A stretch of DNA of 64,000 bases from Syncephalis fuscata S228. Taxonomy: Eukaryota > Fungi > Zoopagomycota. The translations under genes were made by a program, and so were the position numbers. The stretch's first letter is position 1. Every line of letters begins with the position of its first letter. The stretch lies in assembly GCA_025786725.1 (NCBI GenBank), contig JAHLTZ010000038.1, positions 123,397 through 187,396 of the forward strand, written 5' to 3'. Under the pieces are notes generated by a model. The model was given only the letters and a program-made list of their open reading frames with translations, searched no databases and had not been told where the DNA came from. Shown in pieces: positions 38,793 through 49,940 of this stretch.

Positions 38793-39535
38793 ATGGATAG
38801 CTTTAGAATCAGTCTACGACCCAAGCATCCAGGTGTACAGCCTCAACTACATCATTTACCGTGCTCTATTGATCATCATGGTTCGGCTAACGTCAATATC
38901 TTCTTCTGTCCCGAGTTGAAATCTACTACTGAAACAGACGGTAAATCATTGATTTATTAAGCATATGCCTATTAATAGCGATAACACAGAATGGCAGGCA
39001 TCATTTCGAGGTAGAGCACTTGTGGGTCGAACTATATCGGTGCCTACTGGATATGAAGGTCATTAACTCGTAGTGTGTGTGTGTGTGTCGGTAACTCAAC
39101 TAACCAAGCAATAACATAATGTAGGTCTAATATTGGAAGAATGTCATACCGCATCTACGACTAGGCCAGCCACCGATGCTTTTATGGATAACGAGTCAAG
39201 TGAACTAGGCAGTTTAGAGGAACAGTTGCAATCGGCTACGTTAAGATATCAAACACAGAGTACATTTGAACAATGGACACGGTGGCGCCATGATTATGCT
39301 CCAGAGACAACGTCTGGTCCATGGATGCAAGCGTTAGAATGGGCAAAACTAAGTGAATTAGTAAGTTATAGCTATTTAATAGCTAATGTAATAAACTAAA
39401 TGCTCTATCTATTACTAGATACATATGGATACACCACAAGAAGACAGTACAAATAACGAGGAAATACATAAACGTAAACGAAATGATAGTCTAATGGTGG
39501 ATACACCCAGTATCAGTCGAGTTCGTATAGAATAA
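38793..39535 (+). CDS. RNH203: Ribonuclease H2 subunit C, 4 exons
   Basis: LHHLPCSIDHHGSANVNIFF; ASFRGRALVG..ISVPTGYEG; FEQWTRWRHD; ALEWAKLSEL|IH. Confidence 0.92.
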
Positions 39536-39570
39536 AGTGTATTTATTATAATGACTATAATATGTGATTA

Positions 39571-40716
39571 TTAAGGACGTTTTGGTACAATAGTGGTATT
39601 TAATTTACGATGACGTCGATCGTGTAAAGCGTATTTATGTCGTATTCGTTGCATTTCCATACGTCGTTCTTGTTCTGTTTGTGTGCGTCGATCTTTTGAA
39701 AGTGTATTTACGGTGGCAGATGTGGCTATTTCTTTACTTTTATTTGCATCGTTACACTGAAGAGATATAGCGTTATTTTCACGTAAAACACATACTTGAC
39801 AACTGCCCCATCCTTTGTATGGATCGTGAATATGTACTTCGAATAGAGTGCTGCCCACTTGAATACAATCACTATGATTTAAACGTCGTGGTTGACTACT
39901 TTTTCGTGAGTCAGATAAACGCTCGTTATTAATAAATGTACCATGCATTGATCCGCAATCCACAATCCAGTAGGGACAACAGTAAGATCTTGTCATAGAT
40001 GGTGTATCTAGATGAGAAGTGCCAGTACTAAGTGATTTCGCTGTTACATCATCATTATCCTCGCTATTTATCTTGCTCAATACGCTTTCTACTGGTATTT
40101 CTCCTTCTTCGCTATCGTCAAGCTCAGCGTAGTTGGATGGTTTATCCACTTGTAAATCGGTCTTTTTAGATTCGGTAGAACTGTAGTAGATCCTGGCGTG
40201 GTATTTAGATACTTGTAATTCCCGTAGACGAAGTCGATGGCCAGGTCCTCGATCCCGTGCCATAATAACTCCACTAGCATCTACAATAACTACACCGCCC
40301 ACTTGCAATACATCGGATTCACGTACGACAAGTCGGATTGTATCATTCTCTGTAGGTTCAGACCATGGGCTATTCTGCTGTGCAGATGATACTGAATGAC
40401 ATTCACCAGTATCTCGATCATATTGTAGCCAAATATTTGTCTGACGATCGTACCAATAGCCAGACTCAGTACACCATACATAGCGATCCTCCATGGCTGT
40501 AGTTGATAATTGGTCTTGTTGAGTAGTAAATGAGCCTGAATAGCTATTATTTTTATTTGAACGACTATAATCGCTTGTAGATTTGAGTTTATTGGCTAGA
40601 CTATTATAGATTATTGAGTTGGTTGACGCATATTGCTCGGTCAGTGCTTCCGAAAAAGAATGGGCAATTAAATATACTATTTGTTTATATAGATCTAGGC
40701 ATAGATATATAAACAC
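39571..40716 (-). CDS. AGGF1: AGGF1-like protein (OCRE-like plus FHA), no G-patch; start uncertain (possibly 40494)
   Basis: ESGYWYD..T...YDRDTG (OCRE-like); FHA core VSKYHARI, IVDCGSMHGTFIN, LNHSDCIQVGST; HIH...SCQVC; EQERRMEMQRIRHKY. Confidence 0.75.
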   Translation of the reverse strand: MFIYLCLDLYKQIVYLIAHSFSEALTEQYASTNSIIYNSLANKLKSTSDYSRSNKNNSYSGSFTTQQDQLSTTAMEDRYVWCTESGYWYDRQTNIWLQYDRDTGECHSVSSAQQNSPWSEPTENDTIRLVVRESDVLQVGGVVIVDASGVIMARDRGPGHRLRLRELQVSKYHARIYYSSTESKKTDLQVDKPSNYAELDDSEEGEIPVESVLSKINSEDNDDVTAKSLSTGTSHLDTPSMTRSYCCPYWIVDCGSMHGTFINNERLSDSRKSSQPRRLNHSDCIQVGSTLFEVHIHDPYKGWGSCQVCVLRENNAISLQCNDANKSKEIATSATVNTLSKDRRTQTEQERRMEMQRIRHKYALHDRRHRKLNTTIVPKRP

Positions 40717-41130
40717 TAGTTAATCTTATTATTTGGCTGTATGATAGTGATTGCAGTAAGCATAATAAACAGATTATAGATAATACAGTAACAATGAGTA
40801 AAATATATAAAGAAAATAAAAAGGTGTAAGCTGAGCCCGCAATATTTATATTAGTTAAAGCATCGGTGATATGATTAGATCTGACCATAGTAATTCTTAA
40901 AAGTGATCACTTTTTATATTAAAGTACAAAAAGATTGTAAATTGCTTTTTATTCTATAGATACTGACAAAACGAACAATAAGACTATATCAATTAAATAT
41001 TATTGATTTAGTCATAGAAAGTGTACAAAAATCACGCTGTTTGATTTAGCAATAAAAAGCTTGAAAACACAAAGCAAATCTTGTTAGATGATTATAGTAA
41101 ATAAAGCAGGGGGCTTTTGTATAGCAATTA

Positions 41131-42369
41131 TTAATGGCGTTCTACAAAAGTTATACTATTAGTTGTTGACCCACGAATTTCATAACTAGAATTATTGAGT
41201 GCGGCCGAGTTTGCACCAGTGCTATTACTTTGCCATGCACTTGTATTGTGGCTACCATTACTTGTCGCAAATGGTACTGGTTTAAACTGTGCGTCTATTG
41301 CTTGTTCTTCACATCTACTAGCGTCTTTTCTTCTATTGATGTTGCTGCTGATAGTATTAGGATTGCTAAGTGGTATGTGTGAGGAGCCAGACATGGTTTT
41401 TTTGCCAGTCATCTGGTTGCATGAACTGCGTAAAATAAACGCAAACACAATGCATTCGACCAGACTATAAATCAGTACTTGTCGCAGTAACATATCTCCT
41501 AGGTCAATCCATTCAAATTTATGTGGATAAAGCGTCAGAAAGTGCTTCATGATTGAAAGTAAAATATTGGCCAAGGGCAGACAAAGTACGGCCAAAAAGA
41601 TGTTGCGAAAGTTACGGGCAGTTCTCTTTTCCTTTTCTTGCACATCGTCGCTTTTGGGAATACAAAGCGTATGGGCCCGTATAATACGATAAAACCCATA
41701 GCAATAGTATCCGCAAATACAAAGCATAAACAAATAGTTGATAAAGGAAGCTGCAGAGAGAATAGCGTTGTTTTGACCAGTAAAGGGATTGCGGCCATTT
41801 ACAGTATCCACAACAACAACAATGCCTATAGCCAGTGTGAATACAAACCACACTGTAGTATAAATGATATTGCCTATATAAATACTGCGTATTGAAGGTA
41901 TATAGAGCAGATAGTCTGTGTGGAGTGAAATTGTTTTAGACGATGTCGCCCTTCGGCTAAACGCCGATGGAATATGTATAATAATGCCTATGACAAACTG
42001 TAGAATAGTTATACGGGCCAATACGGTAGCCAATAGGTAGATAATTTCATAGGCCATAAGGCTTGATGTTCCGTAGATGAAGATGATACCATATGCTGCA
42101 GCGCGGAGTATTTTCTCAATAAACCATCCAATTAATAGCGCATCTACTGGTTTGGGCATCCAGTAATCGTCGAGACGGCGATAAAGCGAGGTGAGAAGCC
42201 CATGGTACAAACGATAGCCGATCACCACAGTGGCCAAAACCGCCGATATAATTACACTGGCAAAACATACGATGAGCACTTGGTGCAACAAATCCTCCTG
42301 GGCACAGACATAGCCGCTTACAGTGACGAGGCAGCGTTTGTTGCTGCTAGCATCGCCAGATCTATCCAT
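41131..42369 (-). CDS. Intronless multi-pass (about 7 TM) membrane protein, receptor-like
   Basis: 412-aa ORF with about 7 hydrophobic segments, a basic cytoplasmic loop (KEKRTARNFR) and a Ser/Asn-rich C-terminal tail. Confidence 0.75.
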   Translation of the reverse strand: MDRSGDASSNKRCLVTVSGYVCAQEDLLHQVLIVCFASVIISAVLATVVIGYRLYHGLLTSLYRRLDDYWMPKPVDALLIGWFIEKILRAAAYGIIFIYGTSSLMAYEIIYLLATVLARITILQFVIGIIIHIPSAFSRRATSSKTISLHTDYLLYIPSIRSIYIGNIIYTTVWFVFTLAIGIVVVVDTVNGRNPFTGQNNAILSAASFINYLFMLCICGYYCYGFYRIIRAHTLCIPKSDDVQEKEKRTARNFRNIFLAVLCLPLANILLSIMKHFLTLYPHKFEWIDLGDMLLRQVLIYSLVECIVFAFILRSSCNQMTGKKTMSGSSHIPLSNPNTISSNINRRKDASRCEEQAIDAQFKPVPFATSNGSHNTSAWQSNSTGANSAALNNSSYEIRGSTTNSITFVERH

Positions 42370-43033
42370 TTTTACAATTAAAGTGTTGTACTAGGTGTAA
42401 ATACGAGTGTTATATTTATAATTGACGAAGTAATAAAACAGAAGAGGAGAAAGCTACTGGCTTTTAATCTATACATGGATCAATGTTGCTTTAGGCAAAG
42501 ATGCCCCAGAGTTGCATGTTCTCGAAAGCAAACCGGTTTTATACAGCAAAACTGAGTGACTTTTAGTGTCACGCGGTTATTTTTTAATGGCAGTTTGCCA
42601 TATCAGCACATTTATTGAAAAGTTGTAACATCAATTTAAGATGCATAGCCAACCAAGTAATAAAGTGTCTGCAAATACTGATCAAAGACTTGCTAGAATT
42701 TTAAATCCGAAAAAGGAAATACATAAAATGTACAAAACTTACTAGCTCAGTCGTCAATTGCCTGTTAATTTATAGTAAATTTAACGTGGTATATTTGCGT
42801 TTTCTATTTACCCTCCTGTTTCATTTACCGCCAATATACCAGTATGGCAATAGACTATTGTATTCAATTGGATGCTACAAGCAAGCACGTGGCTTAAAAC
42901 AAATAAAGCAGTTATAAATAAAACGGTTCAGTACTACGTGCCCATTCAATTTATTTATTTTTGCTTTATGATTTAGTGTTTTCAGCTTCACTATATATTA
43001 TCCATTATACACGTTTAGTTTCGATTTGTTAAA

Positions 43034-45130
43034 ATGCAGCCATCGCAATTACTTATGGCAATTGTAGCATTTAATGCCCAAACTATTCTAGCATTAACGA
43101 CCCCCTCACTATCTAGTAATGGTTCTACTTCACCTAGCACTAGCAATAAATCGCCTAATATAAGCAGTGGTGCTCTACACTCCAATACAAACAACGAACG
43201 TCATTACCAGCACAAAAGGCGCCATCTAGATCCTCCTCCTCCCGTTATTCGTAAAACTAAAGAAGGTCCCATAGTTTTTGCGGAAAATTTAAATCTATTT
43301 CTGCATCCTCCATCGTTTCATGATATTACTGGAGTTAGTGCACTTCATCAGAAAAACGTAAATGGAAATGGTATCCGAATTGGCATCCTAGACAGTGGTG
43401 TCAATTATAGACACGAAGCACTTGGTGGCTGTTTTGGCTACGACGGATGCAAAGTTCGCTTTGGCCATGATTTTGTCGGTGACGATTACAATAGCCAAAA
43501 TCTTCCAAAAGAAAAAGATGATCCCATAGGCCAGCCTTGTAATGGACATGGCACCAAGGTTGCCGGTATCATTGCTGGAGAAACTGGCACATTTGTTGGT
43601 GTTGCACACAAAGCTATCCTTGGTGCATATCGTATTTCTAACTGTTACAGAGTCGCAGATATATTGATTATAGAAAAAGCGTTTGCGATGGCCATTCATG
43701 ATCAAATGGATGTTATCAATTTCTCCTTTGCTACTCCAACGCTAAATATGGCTGCATATGATAAGATTGTAAAAGATGCAGCTGAACACGCTGTTACTGT
43801 AATAGTGTCAGCAGGAAACGCACCACCTTATAATATGTGGCAAATGCGTGCTCCATCTATTATAAACAGCTTTATATCTGTTGGTAGTGCAAACATACCA
43901 ATGGTAGGCATGCGTTGGTTCACAGCTGCAGTCAGCGGTGGAAAGCTTGCGCGTATTCGATATACAACACCGTGTATGAGCACAACGCACATCTTCACAG
44001 TTAATCAAGCGATGATGCCCACTATCTCTGACGACAGTAAATGTCAAATAACTGGTGATGTGAGCGGAAAGATGCTTTTTATTCCAAAATACAAGTGCAC
44101 CAGACGTATTTTACTCGATGTGGCTCGCGGAATGAGAGCTACAGGAATTATAACCGTCAATGCTAACGAGAAGCCAGGCAAGAGCTATTGTGATATTCCT
44201 TTTTTTGCCATTAGTCCTATTGATATGGACGCTTTGGTCGATAGTCTGCAACATGGCCAGCTAGGACAATTAATTTTTGATAATAAATTCGACTACTATC
44301 CACAGATAGAAGACATTCGTCCAGCAGACCATTCGATATGGGGACCATCCCATCAACTTACTCTAAATACCGATGTTACAGCTCCCGGTGAAAATGCTTT
44401 TACAGCATCGGCTTTGGGGGAAGATCGCTACGAGTATATGACAGGCACTTCTGCTGCAGCACCTTATGTTGCAGGAATAGCTGCTCTTTATATACAAAAG
44501 CATGGCAAGAGTTCTACGGCTCCAGAAATTTTAAAAGACCTACTTATCCATACAGCATCTCCTCTAAAATCGGATACCAACGGACTTTATGCATCAGTAG
44601 CGCATCAAGGCGCTGGTTTAGTCAACGCCTTAAAAGCTGTTAATGTCGAGCTATATATAGGTCAATCGCTTCTTACTCTTTGGGACACACAAGTTAGACA
44701 AACGGGCATGGCTTCAGATATACAAACAATCACCATATACAATAATAGACCCACTTCAGAGACATACAGGCTATATCATTTGCCTGCAGTCTCTGCCCAC
44801 GGCTTTGACATAAATGGCAACCCCTTAGATCGCCCAGAAACTAGCACACAGGTGGCGCAAGTCCTATTTCCACCACATAAAATTGCAGTAGACTCATATT
44901 CCAGCAAAGATGTGAATATTCGTATAGTTGCACCTTCTTCGCTACCTCCAGCTAGCCATTGGGTATACTCTGGCTATATCAAGGTTATTGGTACTAGCAC
45001 TGGACCTAATTCTAATGCTTTAACATGTCAAACTCCTTACATTGGCGTTGTAGGTGATTTAAAAATAGTTGGACCTTTTGTTGTAAATCAAGCTTTAAAA
45101 ATTAACCATCAAATGCATTTAATGCCATAA
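43034..45130 (+). CDS. Secreted subtilisin-like serine protease (S8, Vpr/pyrolysin-type; PA-like insert plus Fn3-like C-terminal domain)
   Basis: Catalytic triad motifs GILDSG, NGHGTKVAG and GTSAAAP; oxyanion motif SAGN; HEALGGCFG..CKV.FGHDFVGD; SVAHQGAGLVNA. Confidence 0.95.
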   Translation: MQPSQLLMAIVAFNAQTILALTTPSLSSNGSTSPSTSNKSPNISSGALHSNTNNERHYQHKRRHLDPPPPVIRKTKEGPIVFAENLNLFLHPPSFHDITGVSALHQKNVNGNGIRIGILDSGVNYRHEALGGCFGYDGCKVRFGHDFVGDDYNSQNLPKEKDDPIGQPCNGHGTKVAGIIAGETGTFVGVAHKAILGAYRISNCYRVADILIIEKAFAMAIHDQMDVINFSFATPTLNMAAYDKIVKDAAEHAVTVIVSAGNAPPYNMWQMRAPSIINSFISVGSANIPMVGMRWFTAAVSGGKLARIRYTTPCMSTTHIFTVNQAMMPTISDDSKCQITGDVSGKMLFIPKYKCTRRILLDVARGMRATGIITVNANEKPGKSYCDIPFFAISPIDMDALVDSLQHGQLGQLIFDNKFDYYPQIEDIRPADHSIWGPSHQLTLNTDVTAPGENAFTASALGEDRYEYMTGTSAAAPYVAGIAALYIQKHGKSSTAPEILKDLLIHTASPLKSDTNGLYASVAHQGAGLVNALKAVNVELYIGQSLLTLWDTQVRQTGMASDIQTITIYNNRPTSETYRLYHLPAVSAHGFDINGNPLDRPETSTQVAQVLFPPHKIAVDSYSSKDVNIRIVAPSSLPPASHWVYSGYIKVIGTSTGPNSNALTCQTPYIGVVGDLKIVGPFVVNQALKINHQMHLMP

Positions 45131-45708
45131 ATACATAAACATTATTAAAGTTTACAGTAGCAAAACACCAAAAACATCCATTGTATAGCAAACATGTATA
45201 ATTAATACCATAAGCATAATGTAAAATGTACCTTTTATCATCGTTTTGATTATTAAATTTAATATTTTACCAATTATTTTTATTTATAGTATTTTATTTA
45301 TTTAATAATTTTATTTATGCTTATTTAAAAACAAGGCATTTTCAAAACTCCCTATTAATTTAACTTATAGGTAAAAATAATATCGACTTTACTAAGCGCA
45401 ATACTAGCTATTGGTGCCATTAAATCATTTATGTTTACACAAGTATATGATTGCTTAACAAATCTAAAATTGTATTTGTTTTTTTAAAACTATATATTTT
45501 TAATTTATTATTTACGCTCTATAACACCCGTTTCTTGTCGTCAATACATTCCATGTACAATTTTGCTACTACTCAGCTAATATTAGAAACGGAATATAGT
45601 GGAATTCCTATAAATACCCTGCTGTTGGTCTGCTTAGCACGACACCAAAAACCAGTATAGGAATTTGTATAATCGAAGCTACAGCTGGGTAATCAAACGT
45701 GCTGGCTA

Positions 45709-48486
45709 ATGTCGCGAACACGCTGCTTCACGGCTACTCCAGTGAAATACATACGTCAGCACTTGCAAATTACAACTTGTGTGCCTAGCCTTCTACCATG
45801 GTTAGCACCATGTTATGCAGAACTAAATACGTGTCCGTTAGAATTGACAAAAAAGTTTGACACAAAAACTAAACGACAAAGCAAGGAGCAGCACCATTTT
45901 ATTCAACGCAATGATAGCACTGTATTTCAAAATACAAAAGCTGGCGATTTGTTAAATAGCACCTCTTGCTGTTTGTGGAGAAAAAAATTGTCTAGAAAAT
46001 CAGTATTTAGCTATAATCATCAATGGTTGTATGACCAGCAATCGACAAGATGCTGGAATCGCACCATGTCCACGCTATCTCATGATACACTGAGCAAAAA
46101 AACCGACATTCATACACCAACATCTAATGAGCAAACGAAAAGCAAAAATACAACACCTGCAACAAACAAAAATTCCAAACAAGATGGATGGAAATATGAA
46201 TTTTTGGACGATGAAACTATGCCAAAAGTGGATCGAAATGATGTTTATTGGAAACGCAGCCCAGTAGTTTCAATGGTAGCAACAAAACTGGCTAATTGGG
46301 TCCTTCGTTTTCGCAAACGTAATGGCAGAGCGGCAATAGACTGGTACAAGGATGTAATGCCGACACTCGCACTGGATAAGCAAGTTTATTTAGGTCGTGG
46401 ATGGCATCCAATACCGCGTGCTAAACAAATTGGCCAATTAGTAGTGCAGCAGGCCGGCGAGAAATGGGTAATTGAATCTGCTGTAGCGCGATCCATGCGC
46501 CAAGGTCACCGTGTTGATGTATTTCTTTACGCGGTCTTGACCACTGCGGCAGCCCGTGCTGGCGACGGAGAAATGGCCTGGCAGGGCTTAAGACGGCTTG
46601 CTTGGTTAGAGGCAGTGCCTACTAATAATCTATACACAAATGTAATTCAACGACTAACTAAGGCTTACGAGGAACAAGAGCAGCTGAAAACACTGCTAAG
46701 AAAGGCACCTCCAGTAACTTTTGGGCCTCGTACAGCGACAGATCTGGAGCTATCGGTAATGAACACTAAAGCAAAAAAGCTACAAACGGTATTGGTCGAT
46801 AGAGCGCCACATTGGATAGAACAAATTGCACTGTTAATGAAAGACGAAAGCGAACCCGATAATTCATTGACAGCTACTTGTAGAATGGTTGCGTGTATAG
46901 GCAATGGCGGCCTTCCAGTACTTAATGATGTAATGCTTAATGAAGTCATAATCTTGCTAGAGAATGGCGCTGATGAAGAAACGTTGGATCCACAGATGGC
47001 CGCATTGCTAAAATTTGAAAAGCTGTTTATAGAATTCAAACAAGCAAATCTAACACCTAACGGATCAGTTCATGGACGTGTACTAAATATACTGCTGGCC
47101 AACAATTTACTGGACTATGCACTGGCCTGGCATCTACGTGTATCGCAACTTATTAGCTGGGAGGCAGTATCCTCATCTTCCGCCGTTACGTTTTCAATAA
47201 GCGACAGTTCTAGTTCAAACGAGCTGCCTGAACTCCAGTCTATGGACCAATTTGATGAGTTTACATCTTCAATTAATGCCACACTACTGACAAACAACAC
47301 GTGCCTGCCTCCATCCCTCGAGCCGTGTAACCGTCTTCTGGCCGCACTTATACGCGCTCAACGCTCGGTTGATGCCGTTGCCGTCTATGACGATCTATTA
47401 CGTTTAGGTGCAAAACCAGACCGGTTTACACTTTGCATTATAGCATTTTGTTGTGCAATGAAAGGTAATTACGATTATTTACGACGAATTTGCGCAGACT
47501 TTATTCGATTCGATCTGCCGGTCACCATTGTTTTTTACAATAGCCTGCTTTCAGTACTGGTTGAGCGGGGAGATCAACCGGCCATCCGCCAGCTTTATTC
47601 TGAGCTTGTTGATTCAAAAAACATTGCGCCAAATCGACGTACATTCAATTTGCTTTTATCTTCATGTGCAAAAATAGGCGACGCAGAAAGTGCACAGCAT
47701 TTCTACATGCAGCTGATCAACGCATCCTATCGACCAAATGCCCGTACATTTGCCCATTTACTTGATCTTTACGCACGCCACACAGATGTAAATGGCGCAA
47801 CGCGGGTAATGAAAGAAATGAAATTACGCAATGTCAGAATGGCACTTTCAATAGCCAACTCGCTACTATCGGTATACGTTCGAACGGCAAACCCGTTGGC
47901 GGCCAAGCGATGCTTCCAGCTAATGCTTGCGCAACCAATAACTTCAAAGCTCCGACCAAGCATCGTTTCCTATTTGTGGCTGTTTCGCGGCTATTATTGG
48001 GAAATTTTGCGGGGTCAGGCTGCAAGTCGTACACAATCATTGTACAACACAACACACACACTGGCCGGCAAGCAGCTATCTTATTCGATGGAAACACTTT
48101 ATTTATTAAAAATGCTAATGGATACGCACAGTCTATCCAAAACAGCTATTTTGCCTGAATCATTACACGTTGTTTTGATGGAACCAATAGCAAGCCATAA
48201 TCCGGATGTTATTCCAGACACCTATTTTTCTCCATTGCCATCCGTTAGTTTGCAGCCAGCGATAAATACGCCTTGGCAGTTATTTCGCTGCATGACCATT
48301 CACGACGGTTTGATGCCCAACTCGATTATTTATGACACACTGCTTGAAACGCTAGCTATTCAAAAGAAAATCGTCGAATTTAATTATGTTTGGAATGATT
48401 TGCAGCAGCACTCTGAACACGACACTGGATTGGCAGAATATACGAAATCACTGATGCATTTAGTAAAAACAATGCCTGTAAAATAA
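45709..48486 (+). CDS. Pentatricopeptide-repeat (PPR) protein, probably mitochondrial
   Basis: Tandem ~35-aa PPR motifs (PDRFTLCI, VFYNSLL, PNRRTFNLLLSSCAKIGD, PNARTFAHLLDLYAR, PSIVSY); basic N-terminus. Confidence 0.9.
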   Translation: MSRTRCFTATPVKYIRQHLQITTCVPSLLPWLAPCYAELNTCPLELTKKFDTKTKRQSKEQHHFIQRNDSTVFQNTKAGDLLNSTSCCLWRKKLSRKSVFSYNHQWLYDQQSTRCWNRTMSTLSHDTLSKKTDIHTPTSNEQTKSKNTTPATNKNSKQDGWKYEFLDDETMPKVDRNDVYWKRSPVVSMVATKLANWVLRFRKRNGRAAIDWYKDVMPTLALDKQVYLGRGWHPIPRAKQIGQLVVQQAGEKWVIESAVARSMRQGHRVDVFLYAVLTTAAARAGDGEMAWQGLRRLAWLEAVPTNNLYTNVIQRLTKAYEEQEQLKTLLRKAPPVTFGPRTATDLELSVMNTKAKKLQTVLVDRAPHWIEQIALLMKDESEPDNSLTATCRMVACIGNGGLPVLNDVMLNEVIILLENGADEETLDPQMAALLKFEKLFIEFKQANLTPNGSVHGRVLNILLANNLLDYALAWHLRVSQLISWEAVSSSSAVTFSISDSSSSNELPELQSMDQFDEFTSSINATLLTNNTCLPPSLEPCNRLLAALIRAQRSVDAVAVYDDLLRLGAKPDRFTLCIIAFCCAMKGNYDYLRRICADFIRFDLPVTIVFYNSLLSVLVERGDQPAIRQLYSELVDSKNIAPNRRTFNLLLSSCAKIGDAESAQHFYMQLINASYRPNARTFAHLLDLYARHTDVNGATRVMKEMKLRNVRMALSIANSLLSVYVRTANPLAAKRCFQLMLAQPITSKLRPSIVSYLWLFRGYYWEILRGQAASRTQSLYNTTHTLAGKQLSYSMETLYLLKMLMDTHSLSKTAILPESLHVVLMEPIASHNPDVIPDTYFSPLPSVSLQPAINTPWQLFRCMTIHDGLMPNSIIYDTLLETLAIQKKIVEFNYVWNDLQQHSEHDTGLAEYTKSLMHLVKTMPVK

Positions 48487-49713
48487 ATTAATAATTTTAT
48501 TGCTTAATACATAAAAGCTTTTTGTTAATGTTTATTCTAATTATCTATTAGTAGTTAGTATTTAAACAAATCTTTTAAAAAAATTAAAATAAATCATAAC
48601 AAAATATCAATAAAGCTAAAGTTCTATTTTGCTTTTCAGGCCTATCTTGCACGTTGTTTAAGACCGGACGCAATTACGGGTGGGCACAGAAAAGATTTGA
48701 AGCGTGAAAAGTACATTGTACGTTTGCTGCTTATTGATGCAAGCAGAGGACTATTGTATGTCAATTCTTTACATTCATTTGTTCCGTCGCCTGCAATACC
48801 ATTAGGCCACAATAGTTGGCGCTCGCCTTTACACTCTTTCAAATGCATCTCGCCCCTGCCGGTGCTTAACGCGTGATATCGCTGATGCTGCATCCTTCAA
48901 ATGACATCATTTTGTTTCTAATAAATGAGCAATGGCCAGAACGTTGCCTTCATTTGATGTGTTTTGACATGCAAAATACACCTATCAGCTGCAAATGATT
49001 AAACATTATCCGTGCGCGGGTCTATTCGTGCCACGCGCTTTGCATGAATTGATATTTTTCCAGTTTACTATTGTTCAAATGATCAAGCACCCTTTGTATC
49101 TTTGCATGGTTTGCGCTTATGAGACAATACAAAAGCCAAAAAACCGTCATTTCAACTCTGGGGGTATCAATTGTGCGACAATGCGTTGCGTACGTGTTCT
49201 CTTTTTTAGAAATAACTGAGTTTGCCTTACTTGCCTAATGATGCGAAGTTAAACGGCCAGATAGCTGAAAGTTTGTAGGTTGAATGCAACGCATGTGCCA
49301 CTATGGCTACTTCGCCATTCAAGATTCAACACCAATGTGATGCCACCACATCCGAAATCCACGTTGTTCGGCAGTGGATGCCACAATACTGCAGCTCATT
49401 GCGATGAAGCCAAGGATCTTCCATTTACCGGTTGATTATTTCAAAGCTGTGATTCGTAGAAAATACTGGCGTGGCAAGATCCTGTTGGTTAGACTTCCGA
49501 GCCGATACAGTGCAATACATGGATGGACAAACGGTATTTAAATCTGTGCCCGTTAAATAGCAAAATAATATTATCTCAACGCCGCGCTCTACTTCTTATT
49601 CTACACTCCATTTACTTTACAAGCAACAACTATCTTCGCTAGTACAGACAGCCTATCAACATTCTTGGCTATTTACTACTGCTGTATATTGTAGTCAAGC
49701 TTAATCATTTAGA

Positions 49714-49940
49714 ATGACTGATTGGTCCATTAAAACTACGTTTTTAGAATATAATGGTATGTGTAACAACCTCTTTCTTGGGTGATACTAAAAGTTTGTC
49801 TTTTATTAGTTGGAAATGAAAATAGTTTAGTTCAAGTCGACGTAATGAGCACGCCAGTCCCAGACACTCAGTTTGTAGTAATAAGAGGAGTAGAAGAGGA
49901 CGTAGATGACATGGCTGTTCCGGATATCTTTTATTTTTAA
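49714..49940 (+). CDS. Candidate 57-aa spliced microprotein (exons 49714-49756 and 49810-49940)
   Basis: A 53-nt GTATGT...ACTAA...TTAG intron joins two open exons in frame: MTDWSIKTTFLEYNVGNENSLVQVDVMSTPVPDTQFVVIRGVEEDVDDMAVPDIFYF. TATTTAAA near 49535 and a pyrimidine-rich leader lie upstream. Confidence 0.5.
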
